DNA of 64,000 bases. It comes from a virus (taxonomy: Duplodnaviria; Heunggongvirae; Uroviricota; Caudoviricetes). Where the stretch lies: the IMG/VR virus record IMGVR_UViG_3300043464_001836, positions 32,002-96,001 of that record; one strand, 5' to 3'. The notes below the pieces were generated by a model, which did no database searches, was not told where the DNA came from, and saw only the letters and a list, made by a program, of their open reading frames with translations. Each line of letters starts with the position of its first letter. Position 1 is the stretch's first letter. A program made the translations under genes and the position numbers. Shown in pieces: positions 19,592 to 27,524 of this stretch.

Positions 19592-20275
19592 TTATACGTT
19601 GTATGTATTACCCTTACTTAAGTTCTCTTTTGCTGGTAGATGTTGAAGATTAAATTCACAATGAAGTCCGCATACTAAGGCACCTTGTAGAGGGACTATA
19701 TGATCTACGTGGTATCCCTCTGGGCAAGTTGTGTATATATCTTGTATAGCGAGTAAACTTGCCCAAATTGGGGTCGCTCGTAGCTTAGTAGCTCTATACT
19801 TTGCAGCCTTGAACTTATAGTAGGAAGAATTCTTATTGTAAGATATTAGTCTATATTCTATAATTTTTTCTGGGCGTAGAAGTGCATACTTCTTCTTGTA
19901 TACACTACAGCAGTGTTTACAGTAACAACTTAAACCATCAAATTTATTACTATCCCTATTAAAGTAGGTTGGTTCTTTTATTTCCGTGCACCCTACACAC
20001 CTTTTTAAGTTAATATACATCAGTAGTGTATTAACCCACTTACCTCTATAAAGATTATCTTTGAATATAGGTGCTATGTGTCTAGACATATGATGTTCCA
20101 AGCTACTATCCGTCATACCAAGTATGACAGCGGCTTCCTTTATACTTCCACCCCTTAATAAAGCATGTAATAACTCTCCCCATGAGCGGGAGACCCTGCT
20201 ACCGTGCTTTTTAATTGCTATATCACTATACTCTTTATTTAGTTTAGCAAGAATTTTTTCTACAATATTTTCCAT
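19592..20275 (-). CDS. HNH homing endonuclease (family 1 paralog, HTH N-terminus)
   Basis: Shared C-terminal HNH module YHVDHIVPLQGALVCGLHCEFNLQHLPAKENLSKGN. Confidence 0.8.
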   Translation of the reverse strand: MENIVEKILAKLNKEYSDIAIKKHGSRVSRSWGELLHALLRGGSIKEAAVILGMTDSSLEHHMSRHIAPIFKDNLYRGKWVNTLLMYINLKRCVGCTEIKEPTYFNRDSNKFDGLSCYCKHCCSVYKKKYALLRPEKIIEYRLISYNKNSSYYKFKAAKYRATKLRATPIWASLLAIQDIYTTCPEGYHVDHIVPLQGALVCGLHCEFNLQHLPAKENLSKGNTYNV

Positions 20276-20332
20276 TTACTCCTCCAATTTTTATATTATA
20301 CTATTGGAGGAATAAAATTTCAAGCACTTTTT

Positions 20333-20422
20333 AGGAAAAGGTGAGACTCGAACTCACACACCTCTTGCGAGGCCTTCAGTTTTCAAGACTGCTGCCGCTA
20401 GGCCAACTCGGCTAACTTTTCC
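20333..20422 (-). tRNA. tRNA-Ser (UGA), class II
   Basis: Acceptor GGAAAAG/CTTTTCC, D-stem GCCG/CGGC, anticodon loop CTTGAAA, variable arm CCTC-GCAA-GAGG, T-arm GTGAG-TTCGAGT-CTCAC. Confidence 0.65.
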
Positions 20423-20426
20423 ATTG

Positions 20427-20735
20427 TTACTTAGCCCAATCTACGGCAAGCTCGTAAGCTCCATATTCGTAGTCGGACTCATGAAAGTCATCACCTTCAC
20501 TATAAGAATACTTACCAGAATACGCAGAAGCCTTCCTACACCTAGCGTCAATCATATTGTTTCTAGCGTAAAACAGTACACTTAACTGCCTTTCAGTTAG
20601 AAGCTCTCCAGCTAGAATACGCCAAGCAATTACTCCTGGTAATCCAGAGCTACCTTTCCATCCTAGAGCTAGTTTATATTCTGCTTCTGTTGCTTTACGT
20701 CTGGTTGGTGGGTTTAACTTATTAAATGCTACCAT
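20427..20735 (-). CDS. hypothetical protein
   Basis: ORF. Confidence 0.4.
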   Translation of the reverse strand: MVAFNKLNPPTRRKATEAEYKLALGWKGSSGLPGVIAWRILAGELLTERQLSVLFYARNNMIDARCRKASAYSGKYSYSEGDDFHESDYEYGAYELAVDWAK

Positions 20736-20925
20736 TAGCTTTTCTATTCAAAGTGCGCTGCCAATAGTTAAAGTGGTCTAATGCGCGTTGATACTGTTCA
20801 TACTCCCAATCCAGTAAACTTACTTCCACACTAGAATCCATTTTATCAGTTCCTAGTGCTTCGTGGATAGGTTTAACATCAAATAAGATAGTGCACGGTT
20901 CACGAACTAGCCAAAGTGTTTTCAT
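20722..20925 (-). CDS. hypothetical protein
   Basis: ORF. Confidence 0.35.
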   Translation of the reverse strand: MKTLWLVREPCTILFDVKPIHEALGTDKMDSSVEVSLLDWEYEQYQRALDHFNYWQRTLNRKANGSI

Positions 20926-21066
20926 AATGAGGATATTTAGAGTAAAGACAAGAGTTTAGTTTGAAAAGAATTTCTCGTGCAACAGTTGAATGCTTTTGTT
21001 GTGATTCTAGCTCGCTTTTTAGTGCTAGAAGGGACTTTAGCATTGTTTGTTCATCTACTAGTGTTT

Positions 21067-21375
21067 TCATATTGAGTATTCTACCAGTTTAATTCCAGCC
21101 TCTTTAATAGCCAACTTACAAATCGCGCAGGGTTCGGCATTACCAGTCGTGCCATCTTTCAAATAGCGAACTACGCTAATACGGTGAGGTTTCTCACGAC
21201 ATTTTACTAAAGCTGCAATCTCACTGTGTAGATAGATGGCTTTAGGGTTGCCGGCCAAAGCTGCGAACTTGGCTTGCTTGGGATGCGTCTTAGTGTAGCT
21301 ATTTCTAGCTTGGGCAATGATATGACCCTTCTTGTTATACACAGTAGCCACTATATGCATTCGTTGATTACACAT
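21067..21375 (-). CDS. Cytidine/deoxycytidylate deaminase-like zinc-binding protein (102 aa)
   Basis: HSEIAAL (HxE) and PCAICKLAI (PCxxC) zinc ligand motifs. Confidence 0.55.
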   Translation of the reverse strand: MCNQRMHIVATVYNKKGHIIAQARNSYTKTHPKQAKFAALAGNPKAIYLHSEIAALVKCREKPHRISVVRYLKDGTTGNAEPCAICKLAIKEAGIKLVEYSI

Positions 21376-21475
21376 TTGGTAAGTTCCCTAACTCAGAAAT
21401 AATATTATAGCGAAACTTAACAAATGGAACAACTGTGAAATTTCTGAGGTGCCTTAACACCTCAGAAATCATAGG

Positions 21476-21748
21476 TTACTTATATAGTAACTCTCTTAGG
21501 GCATTAGCCTCTAAGTCGTATTCTTTTGCCCATCTTGTGCTTTGCACCGATGTGGCCGCTTTTTCGTACAGTTGATGTGCGAATAAGGACATTTCTAGGA
21601 ATTCTTTGTGCGCGCGAAGTGCGCCGGCTGCTTCTTCTAGCAAATCTGCAATGCGATCTGGAGCGCCCTCCTGAACTGACTTTCTAGTAGGAATCTGTCT
21701 TCGGATTTCCGCGCGCTTTTCTAGACGCTCAATTAAGTCTTTTTTCAT
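21476..21748 (-). CDS. hypothetical protein
   Basis: Start moved to the internal Met (MKKDLIERLEK) so that it no longer overlaps tRNA-Cys. Confidence 0.4.
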   Translation of the reverse strand: MKKDLIERLEKRAEIRRQIPTRKSVQEGAPDRIADLLEEAAGALRAHKEFLEMSLFAHQLYEKAATSVQSTRWAKEYDLEANALRELLYK

Positions 21749-21756
21749 AAGTTTCC

Positions 21757-21830
21757 TGGAAAGAGTAGAGGGAATCGAACCCACCTGAAAGGTTTTGCAG
21801 ACCGTTACCTAGCCAATCGGACATACTCTT
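21757..21830 (-). tRNA. tRNA-Cys (GCA)
   Basis: Acceptor AAGAGTA/TACTCTT, anticodon loop CTGCAAA, T-loop TTCGATT, encoded CCA. Confidence 0.6.
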
Positions 21831-21836
21831 AGTATC

Positions 21837-21920
21837 TGGTACCCGAGGCGAGATTCGAACTCGCATGACCGAAGTCGTGAGTGCTTAAAACTCATGTGGC
21901 TGCCGTTTCACCACTCGGGC
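21837..21920 (-). tRNA. tRNA-Leu (UAA), class II
   Basis: Acceptor GCCCGAG/CTCGGGT, anticodon stem TGAGT/ACTCA, loop TTTAAGC, variable arm GAC-TTCG-GTC, T-arm GCGAG-TTCGAAT-CTCGC, encoded CCA. Confidence 0.7.
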
Positions 21921-22184
21921 AATTTCAAGTTTCAAAAGCTATTATAGCAATAGTATATACAAAAATCAACGCTATTTTTGCATACTAAAGCAATCTTTAG
22001 ATTGGTGGGACTGCTAGGTAACGATCCTAGTTCTATTGGTTAAAAGCCAATTGCTTCACCTTAAAGCTTCAATCCCTTTAATTACAGCTCCTTCAACATA
22101 CGAATCTTATCCGCACGTCGAATAGCCTTAGTTGATTTAACATGAGCACCTTGTTTACGTGAGAACATAGGTACTAGGTCTTTG

Positions 22185-22397
22185 TTACGTGGCTTCATCT
22201 ACTCTTCCTTTCAAAAATGTGAATCCTAGTTTATTAGCTTCCCACTCCATAATAAGTGAGCGTGCTGTAGCATCCCTAAATAACGTGCACTTTCTTAGCC
22301 AAATATTAACGTCATGTAGTAATTCTTCACACACGTCATCAGGTACTAGTTTCATTAGTGATCTCCAAATTGTGTAGATCCAGTATCCTTGAACCAC
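22185..22397 (-). CDS. hypothetical protein
   Basis: ORF. Confidence 0.35.
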   Translation of the reverse strand: MVQGYWIYTIWRSLMKLVPDDVCEELLHDVNIWLRKCTLFRDATARSLIMEWEANKLGFTFLKGRVDEAT

Positions 22398-22537
22398 TGT
22401 CCACGCATATTAAGCGGGGGCTTGGAAGTACTAAAACTCTGTCGAGGCTCACAGAATAAAGTCTTGAGCACTTCTTTTAGGTCTTCATCACTAAGATTGC
22501 TAGTTAGAAGTTTTGCTACAGTTTCACGGAATGTCAT
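22355..22537 (-). CDS. hypothetical protein
   Basis: Start trimmed to the internal Met MTFRETVAKLL so that it does not overlap the upstream gene. Confidence 0.35.
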   Translation of the reverse strand: MTFRETVAKLLTSNLSDEDLKEVLKTLFCEPRQSFSTSKPPLNMRGQWFKDTGSTQFGDH

Positions 22538-22547
22538 TTTGTTTTCC

Positions 22548-22772
22548 TTAAATAAATTTCCAAGAGCCTTCAATGCCTTGCGAGATACTTTCGTCTTCGT
22601 CGTCTGAGTCTTCGTAGTATGGGTATATACCGTAGGACTCTGCATTCTGCTGAGCCAAATCCCAAGCATAATCATCTAAATGCTGAGTTGTTACATCATC
22701 CTCAAACTCTACAATCTCTTTGTTGTCCATACCACAGAAGCCTGTACGACTAGTAAATTCTACTGTTTTCAT
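22548..22772 (-). CDS. hypothetical acidic protein
   Basis: ORF. Confidence 0.4.
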   Translation of the reverse strand: MKTVEFTSRTGFCGMDNKEIVEFEDDVTTQHLDDYAWDLAQQNAESYGIYPYYEDSDDEDESISQGIEGSWKFI

Positions 22773-22799
22773 TATAGTTCCTTAAATTAAAATACTAAG

Positions 22800-22873
22800 T
22801 CTAGACGGTAGGATTCGGACCTACGACAACCGCGTTCCAAACACGGGACTCTACCAGACTGAGCTACGCCTAG
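22800..22873 (-). tRNA. tRNA-Pro (UGG)
   Basis: Acceptor CTAGGCG/CGTCTAG, D-arm GCTC-AGTCTGGTAG-GAGT, anticodon stem CCGTG/CGCGG, loop TTTGGAA, T-arm GTAGG-TCCGAAT-CCTAC. Confidence 0.7.
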
Positions 22874-22892
22874 ACTTAGTACTCTATATTAT

Positions 22893-22967
22893 TGGTCCTA
22901 CGGACTAGGATCGAACTAGTGACCAACGCGTTATCAACACGCTGCTCTACCTCTGAGCTACCGTAGG
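22893..22967 (-). tRNA. tRNA-Ile (GAU)
   Basis: Acceptor CCTACGG/CCGTAGG, D-arm GCTC...GAGC, anticodon loop TTGATAA, T-arm ACTAG-TTCGATC-CTAGT, encoded CCA. Confidence 0.7.
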
Positions 22968-22974
22968 GTTTTAA

Positions 22975-23112
22975 TTACATCAAATCGTGTTCTTCAGCAA
23001 ACAAGTGATAAATGTCGTACCAAGTGTTTGCAGTATCTGACATAGGAACAGCCTTAAGATATTTGTACCAAGCATAAATCTTCATACGATGCAGATTAGC
23101 TTTTACGCTCAT
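22975..23112 (-). CDS. 45-aa hypothetical protein, paralog A (MSVKANLHRMKIYAWYKYLKAV...)
   Basis: About 85 percent identical to the ORF at 24051..24188. Class-B promoter cassette upstream. Confidence 0.4.
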   Translation of the reverse strand: MSVKANLHRMKIYAWYKYLKAVPMSDTANTWYDIYHLFAEEHDLM

Positions 23113-23173
23113 GTCACTCTCCAGTTCAGAAAAGATATTTTACAAGGTTTGTACTATTTGTTCAACTGCAAAT

Positions 23174-23244
23174 TGGTGGAGCTAAGGGGTAACTAGCCCC
23201 TGCTGAGGTTATGAAACCTAACGCTAAGTTTAACCGCTAGCCCC
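23174..23244 (-). tRNA. tRNA with CAU in an apparently 8-nt anticodon loop (Met/Ile2-like) and an atypical T-loop CTAGTTA
   Basis: Seven-bp acceptor GGGGCTA/TAGCTCC, discriminator A, encoded CCA, T-stem AGGGG/CCCCT, anticodon region TTAGG-TTTCATAA-CCTCA. Confidence 0.4.
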
Positions 23245-23253
23245 GATGATTAA

Positions 23254-23351
23254 AATGGTTGACAGGTTTCGAACCTGCGTTTCACTGGTGATTCCCACCA
23301 TACTATTTCTAGTGTGGGCCCTTGCGTACTAAACCACTATACTACAACCAT
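23254..23351 (-). tRNA. tRNA-like, 98 nt, unresolved (possible insertion)
   Basis: Acceptor ATGGTTG/CAACCAT, D-arm GTAT...GTAC and T-arm GCAGG-TTCGAAA-CCTGT, but about 20 extra nt in the anticodon region. Confidence 0.3.
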
Positions 23352-23382
23352 ATCTAAGAGGTCTGAGGAAACTGCTTAGATA

Positions 23383-23459
23383 TGGCCCGCCGGGAGGAAG
23401 TCGAATCCCCATCTAAAGAGGTAGAAGCTCTTTGCTCTAGTCCGTTAAGCTACCGGCGG
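23383..23459 (-). tRNA. tRNA-Arg (UCU)
   Basis: Acceptor CCGCCGG/CCGGCGG, anticodon stem AAGAG/CTCTT, loop CTTCTAC, encoded CCA. Confidence 0.65.
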
Positions 23460-23464
23460 AATGT

Positions 23465-23540
23465 TGGTGGGCCCGGGAGGAATCAAACCTCACGTTCTTC
23501 GTCTTATGAGGACGCCGCTTCGTCATTAAGCTACAGGCCC
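23465..23540 (-). tRNA. tRNA-Met/Ile2-type (CAU)
   Basis: Acceptor GGGCCTG/CGGGCCC, D-stem GCTT/AAGC, anticodon loop CTCATAA, atypical T-loop TTTGATT, encoded CCA. Confidence 0.55.
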
Positions 23541-23551
23541 GATAGTACTTC

Positions 23552-24019
23552 TTAATAATGATCTACTGAGTAGTAATCCCTTACTATGATTTTTCTATCA
23601 ATAATGTCTTTTCTATGACCAATCTTGCTCCCGCAAGTTCTAGAGCAAGTTACAGTTTCTTTATGACTTACTTGGTTATACGCCCGTATAAATTCATTTG
23701 AGCATATAGGACACCGTAGTAAAACTAGTCTCTTACCTTTAGAGGATTCTTTGAGATACTTCAAATTGTTTTCTTTTTTAGAAAGAATTTGTAAATTCTC
23801 TATTCTATCATCTATTTTGATATTATTAATGTGGTCTACATGCTCATCAGGATGTAATTTTCTACCTAGATGAGTAGACATTAGATACCTGGCGTATGAA
23901 GTACTAGAGCGAGCACCAGTACTAGTGTTATAAAGTACTACGGTATTCCTACCTTGCGAAGAGACTAAGTATGCATTAGTGTACTCTTCGGTATAAGGGT
24001 GTTTTATTTCTATTTTCAT
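23552..24019 (-). CDS. HNH endonuclease (second family, HNH_3/AP2-like)
   Basis: HVDHINNIKIDDRIENLQIL HNH motif plus a C-terminal CPIC...C zinc cluster. Confidence 0.65.
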   Translation of the reverse strand: MKIEIKHPYTEEYTNAYLVSSQGRNTVVLYNTSTGARSSTSYARYLMSTHLGRKLHPDEHVDHINNIKIDDRIENLQILSKKENNLKYLKESSKGKRLVLLRCPICSNEFIRAYNQVSHKETVTCSRTCGSKIGHRKDIIDRKIIVRDYYSVDHY

Positions 24020-24050
24020 TTTATTCTATTCTATTCTATTGTTAATATGT

Positions 24051-24188
24051 TTACATCAAATCGTATTCTTCAGCAAACAAGTGGTAAATATCGTACCAAG
24101 TGTTTGCAGTCTCTGACATGGGAGCGGCAGCCAAGTATTTATACCAAGCATAAATCTTCATACTACGTAGGTTAGCTTTTACGTTCAT
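24051..24188 (-). CDS. 45-aa hypothetical protein, paralog B
   Basis: MNVKANLRSMKIYAWYKYLAAA... Paralog of 22975..23112. Confidence 0.4.
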   Translation of the reverse strand: MNVKANLRSMKIYAWYKYLAAAPMSETANTWYDIYHLFAEEYDLM

Positions 24189-24456
24189 GTCATTCTCCAG
24201 TTCAGAAAAGATATTTTACAGTGAATTGAGTTTTCAAACAACGTCAGATTCTTGTATGTGCTATATCAAGTCTTTGCACATCATAGCTATCCTAGTGAAG
24301 TTTTGTACTCCTTGTGCACTAAGGGTTTCATCTTTAAGACTAAATTCTGCCAGAGCGAGTGTATCTTGTAACGTTTTCAGGCTTTCTTGTAGATCACTCA
24401 TGTCTTTCTCCATTTCAGAAAAGATATTTTACAGTGAATTACGCGTTCAAACAACG

Positions 24457-24915
24457 TCAAATAAACCAGCTAGGAACCTCGGTCTTCCAAGTGCAGAAGT
24501 ATGCTTTGTCTTTCTTATAGTATTCCCTATAAGCAGTAACTACGTCTAGATGCTTATACTCATCTGGTACACATTTAGGTGGCTCGGTAAACTCTGTACT
24601 AGTAAACGTAGGCAGCTCTAGTTCGTTGCGTACTACTAGGTAGGACTTATGATCTCTACCAGAGTAACGTTTCTTATATTCTAGATTTAGCTGCTCTTGT
24701 AAGTCGACTAGATAGAAGAAGTTAGCTTCAGACTTTCTAGTCCATATAGCACACGGATGGTTAGCATGAGTAGGCTTATAAGGGCCAACTCCTAGTAGTT
24801 GATGGGTAGTGGTTGAAAGAAGCTGCGCGTACTCTAGAATCATCTTAACTACGTGCTTATCACAATGATAAGCAGCACAGCGCTTAATGTCTGTATCTAG
24901 GTAAAAGATATTCAC
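24457..24915 (-). CDS. hypothetical protein
   Basis: ORF. Confidence 0.45.
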   Translation of the reverse strand: MNIFYLDTDIKRCAAYHCDKHVVKMILEYAQLLSTTTHQLLGVGPYKPTHANHPCAIWTRKSEANFFYLVDLQEQLNLEYKKRYSGRDHKSYLVVRNELELPTFTSTEFTEPPKCVPDEYKHLDVVTAYREYYKKDKAYFCTWKTEVPSWFI

Positions 24916-25160
24916 TTTTTTCCAATCTTAGAGGATAACTCAGCCTTACTAGCACGCAGCTTATCTAGGAAGCCATAGTAACTACGAAGGTATAACTCTC
25001 TGACGTCAGCACTTTCTTCCTGCTTAAGTAACTCAATAGCGGCAAGTATCCTTTTCTCTTCTTCGCTATGTCTAGTAAGGTTGGCTTTCAGTCCTATTGG
25101 TTTTAGGTCACAGAAGTAGCTAGCCATTTTATTCACTCCACAAAAGTTCAAGCATGTCAT
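24912..25160 (-). CDS. hypothetical protein
   Basis: ORF. Confidence 0.4.
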   Translation of the reverse strand: MTCLNFCGVNKMASYFCDLKPIGLKANLTRHSEEEKRILAAIELLKQEESADVRELYLRSYYGFLDKLRASKAELSSKIGKK

Positions 25161-25335
25161 CAGCTATTTTATACATCTCAGGGTCCATACGTTCCATACC
25201 GGCTTCCAAAGAATCACTACAAAGGTAGTGGTCGGTATGACGATCCCAAGCACGCTCTAGCGTATTTCTAATAAACTCACGGAGGTTTGAAAATTCCCCT
25301 TCGGTCAAAATAAAGTCTTCACCTTGTTTACGCAT
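25129..25335 (-). CDS. hypothetical protein
   Basis: ORF. Confidence 0.4.
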   Translation of the reverse strand: MRKQGEDFILTEGEFSNLREFIRNTLERAWDRHTDHYLCSDSLEAGMERMDPEMYKIADDMLELLWSE

Positions 25336-25460
25336 TTCAGTCTTCCTTAATCAGTTAATAAAGATATTATACGCACTTGTATAAAACTAAACAACCTTAT
25401 AAATTTGGGGTCGAGGCGCAGAAAAAGGCTCCGAAGAGCCTTTACTGTTAAATCACTTTG

Positions 25461-26279
25461 CTACATAATTTCAAATTTATTACTCTTACTTAAGTTCTCC
25501 CTAGCTGGGAGATGTTGTAGATTAAATTCACAATGAAGTCCGCATACTAAGCTACTTTGTAGTGGAACTATATGGTCTACATGATACCCCTCTGGGCAGG
25601 TTTGATAAATTTCTTTTATAGCTATCAAATTTGCCCACTTTGGAGTCGCCTGTAACTTAGCAGCTCTACGTTTAGCGCTTTTTGCTGCAAATAAGTACTT
25701 ATTATTTTGGTAGTATAGCTTAATACTCTCTTTATTATGTAGTCTGTAGATGCGTTGTTTTTCTAATATGTCTTCTTTATTATTCTGATAGTGTACTTGC
25801 TTTTTCTTATGTAAAGAAGAAGCATTAAGTACATTATACTCTTTGAGGTACCTAGATATCTCATCCCTATTAGTTACTCTGTACTCTCTATCGCAGCTTT
25901 TACACTTACTTTGTCTGGAGCTTCTAGCATAATAGTTACTAAAGCGATCCAGGTCTAAAATAGAGTTACAGCAGGGGCACCTCTTTTTACCTACTAGGGA
26001 TAAAAAGTAGATGAACCACATTCTACCTTCCTTATCAGCAACAATATCAGGATACTTAGACCTTATAGACCTATTAAGATTAACTCCACAGGTGTACCCA
26101 CAGTACGTTGCTAATTGCTCCATACTACCTACTTTTATATCTAAAGCTTTTTCAATGAAGTGCACCCATAATATGTGTTTAGGTCTTTGTTTACTATATT
26201 TTGGGAGAAATACTTCACCAATATTAAACCTACTTACTAAGTAAGAATAAATTTTACTAACTAGAGTGTTATCTATCAT
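25461..26279 (-). CDS. HNH homing endonuclease (family 1 paralog)
   Basis: Shared C-terminal HNH module. Confidence 0.8.
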   Translation of the reverse strand: MIDNTLVSKIYSYLVSRFNIGEVFLPKYSKQRPKHILWVHFIEKALDIKVGSMEQLATYCGYTCGVNLNRSIRSKYPDIVADKEGRMWFIYFLSLVGKKRCPCCNSILDLDRFSNYYARSSRQSKCKSCDREYRVTNRDEISRYLKEYNVLNASSLHKKKQVHYQNNKEDILEKQRIYRLHNKESIKLYYQNNKYLFAAKSAKRRAAKLQATPKWANLIAIKEIYQTCPEGYHVDHIVPLQSSLVCGLHCEFNLQHLPARENLSKSNKFEIM

Positions 26280-26386
26280 ATTATGCCTCCTTCGGCATTC
26301 ACAAGAGGGTAACCTCTTGCTTATCTTTTAAGAAATATGAGAAAAGTTTCTAGTTAGAACTTTACTAGAAGTGCAACATATTTTAT

Positions 26387-26466
26387 TGGTGGAGCATATC
26401 AGGATCGAACTGATCTGTTCTTCCTCGGTGCAAGCGAGGTAGCCACGCCAAGCAGCCCCATGCCCC
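26387..26466 (-). tRNA. tRNA-Ala (UGC)
   Basis: Acceptor GGGGCAT/ATGCTCC with a G3:U70 pair, anticodon stem CCTCG/CGAGG, loop CTTGCAC, T-arm ATCAG-TTCGATC-CTGAT, encoded CCA. Confidence 0.55.
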
Positions 26467-26472
26467 AAATGT

Positions 26473-26682
26473 TTATTTATTCATAACTACAGCAGTACAC
26501 ATAGCAGCCGATTCGGTATACGCATAAGCACACTTAGCTTCGATAGCTGGTATACCTTGCACTACCATTTCCTTAATGGCTTCCGTTTCTGTAACGGAGT
26601 CGTAAGTGATAGCTAGAATTAAAGTAGCTAGTACCGCTGCTACTAGCGACCAGGTTACGACGTATAGCTTATTGTCGCTCAT
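26473..26682 (-). CDS. small membrane protein
   Basis: Hydrophobic N-terminus. Confidence 0.4.
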   Translation of the reverse strand: MSDNKLYVVTWSLVAAVLATLILAITYDSVTETEAIKEMVVQGIPAIEAKCAYAYTESAAMCTAVVMNK

Positions 26683-26918
26683 AATCCAGCAGCACCAAGA
26701 GCTAGAGCCATAGCACCGGCTGAGTTATTACGCCGACCGTTGTGCTTCATAACGACCTTGGTATTACCTTCCATCCGGTACAGGTCCGTAGCAGTACGGC
26801 TCTTGTAGAAGCAATCTTCTGCTTCTTTATAGTCGGAGCCAAAATACTGAGTAACTAGGCCACCAAAAGCAACAACGCCGAACAAACCTTTAGGTTGAAT
26901 CTTATTACGAAATTTCAT
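26679..26918 (-). CDS. hypothetical protein
   Basis: ORF. Confidence 0.4.
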   Translation of the reverse strand: MKFRNKIQPKGLFGVVAFGGLVTQYFGSDYKEAEDCFYKSRTATDLYRMEGNTKVVMKHNGRRNNSAGAMALALGAAGL

Positions 26919-26930
26919 TTTAATGCTCCA

Positions 26931-27524
26931 TTAAGTTGAGGGTACTACGATAAATCTGTTGTTCTTCTGTATATTATCAAACGGTGTTAAGTATTGCAAA
27001 TTAGCAAGAGTGTGTAACCCACAAACTAAATCATCTTGAAGGGGTACTATATGGTCTACGTGATACCCTTCAGGGCATGCGCTATAGAAGTCACTTATTG
27101 CGGGGAGGTCTGCCCAAGATGGACAACTATTTAACCTCTTAGCTTTATATTTAGCAGTTCTGGCTACTTGTTTATCTTTGTTCCTAGAATACTGGCACAT
27201 CCTACAGGAAATATTCAACCCGTCTGACTTCGATGCATTTTTTGAGAAGTTACTTAAACTATACACGGTATTACAATACCTACAGTATTTAAGCCCTTCT
27301 AATTTTAGAATATGGGTTAACCATCTTGTATTATTGATTTTACCTGGAAATATAGTATTAAGTAATTTAACTAGTACATTATATGTACTATTACTAAGGA
27401 ATGTTCGCAAGTTATAAGTATCGGAACTTAATAACTCTATAATAGTATCCGTAGGAACTACTTGGTCTAGTAGTATACGATGCCTATTTAAAATAAAGGT
27501 TAGTATTTCTTCTTTTGAGTACAT
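26931..27524 (-). CDS. HNH homing endonuclease (family 1, divergent paralog)
   Basis: YHVDHIVPLQDDLVCGLHTLANLQYL module. The conserved structured leader lies upstream. Confidence 0.7.
   Translation of the reverse strand: MYSKEEILTFILNRHRILLDQVVPTDTIIELLSSDTYNLRTFLSNSTYNVLVKLLNTIFPGKINNTRWLTHILKLEGLKYCRYCNTVYSLSNFSKNASKSDGLNISCRMCQYSRNKDKQVARTAKYKAKRLNSCPSWADLPAISDFYSACPEGYHVDHIVPLQDDLVCGLHTLANLQYLTPFDNIQKNNRFIVVPST

Noticed and set aside
24187-24549. 120-aa plus-strand ORF
   Set aside because: It runs antisense across two class-B promoter cassettes and the start of a minus-strand gene, with a low-complexity Ser-rich translation.
24457-24915. Possible pyrimidine-dimer glycosylase (DenV-like) assignment for the 152-aa protein
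   Set aside because: Only a vague N-terminal resemblance by eye, with no catalytic motif recognised. It is kept as hypothetical.
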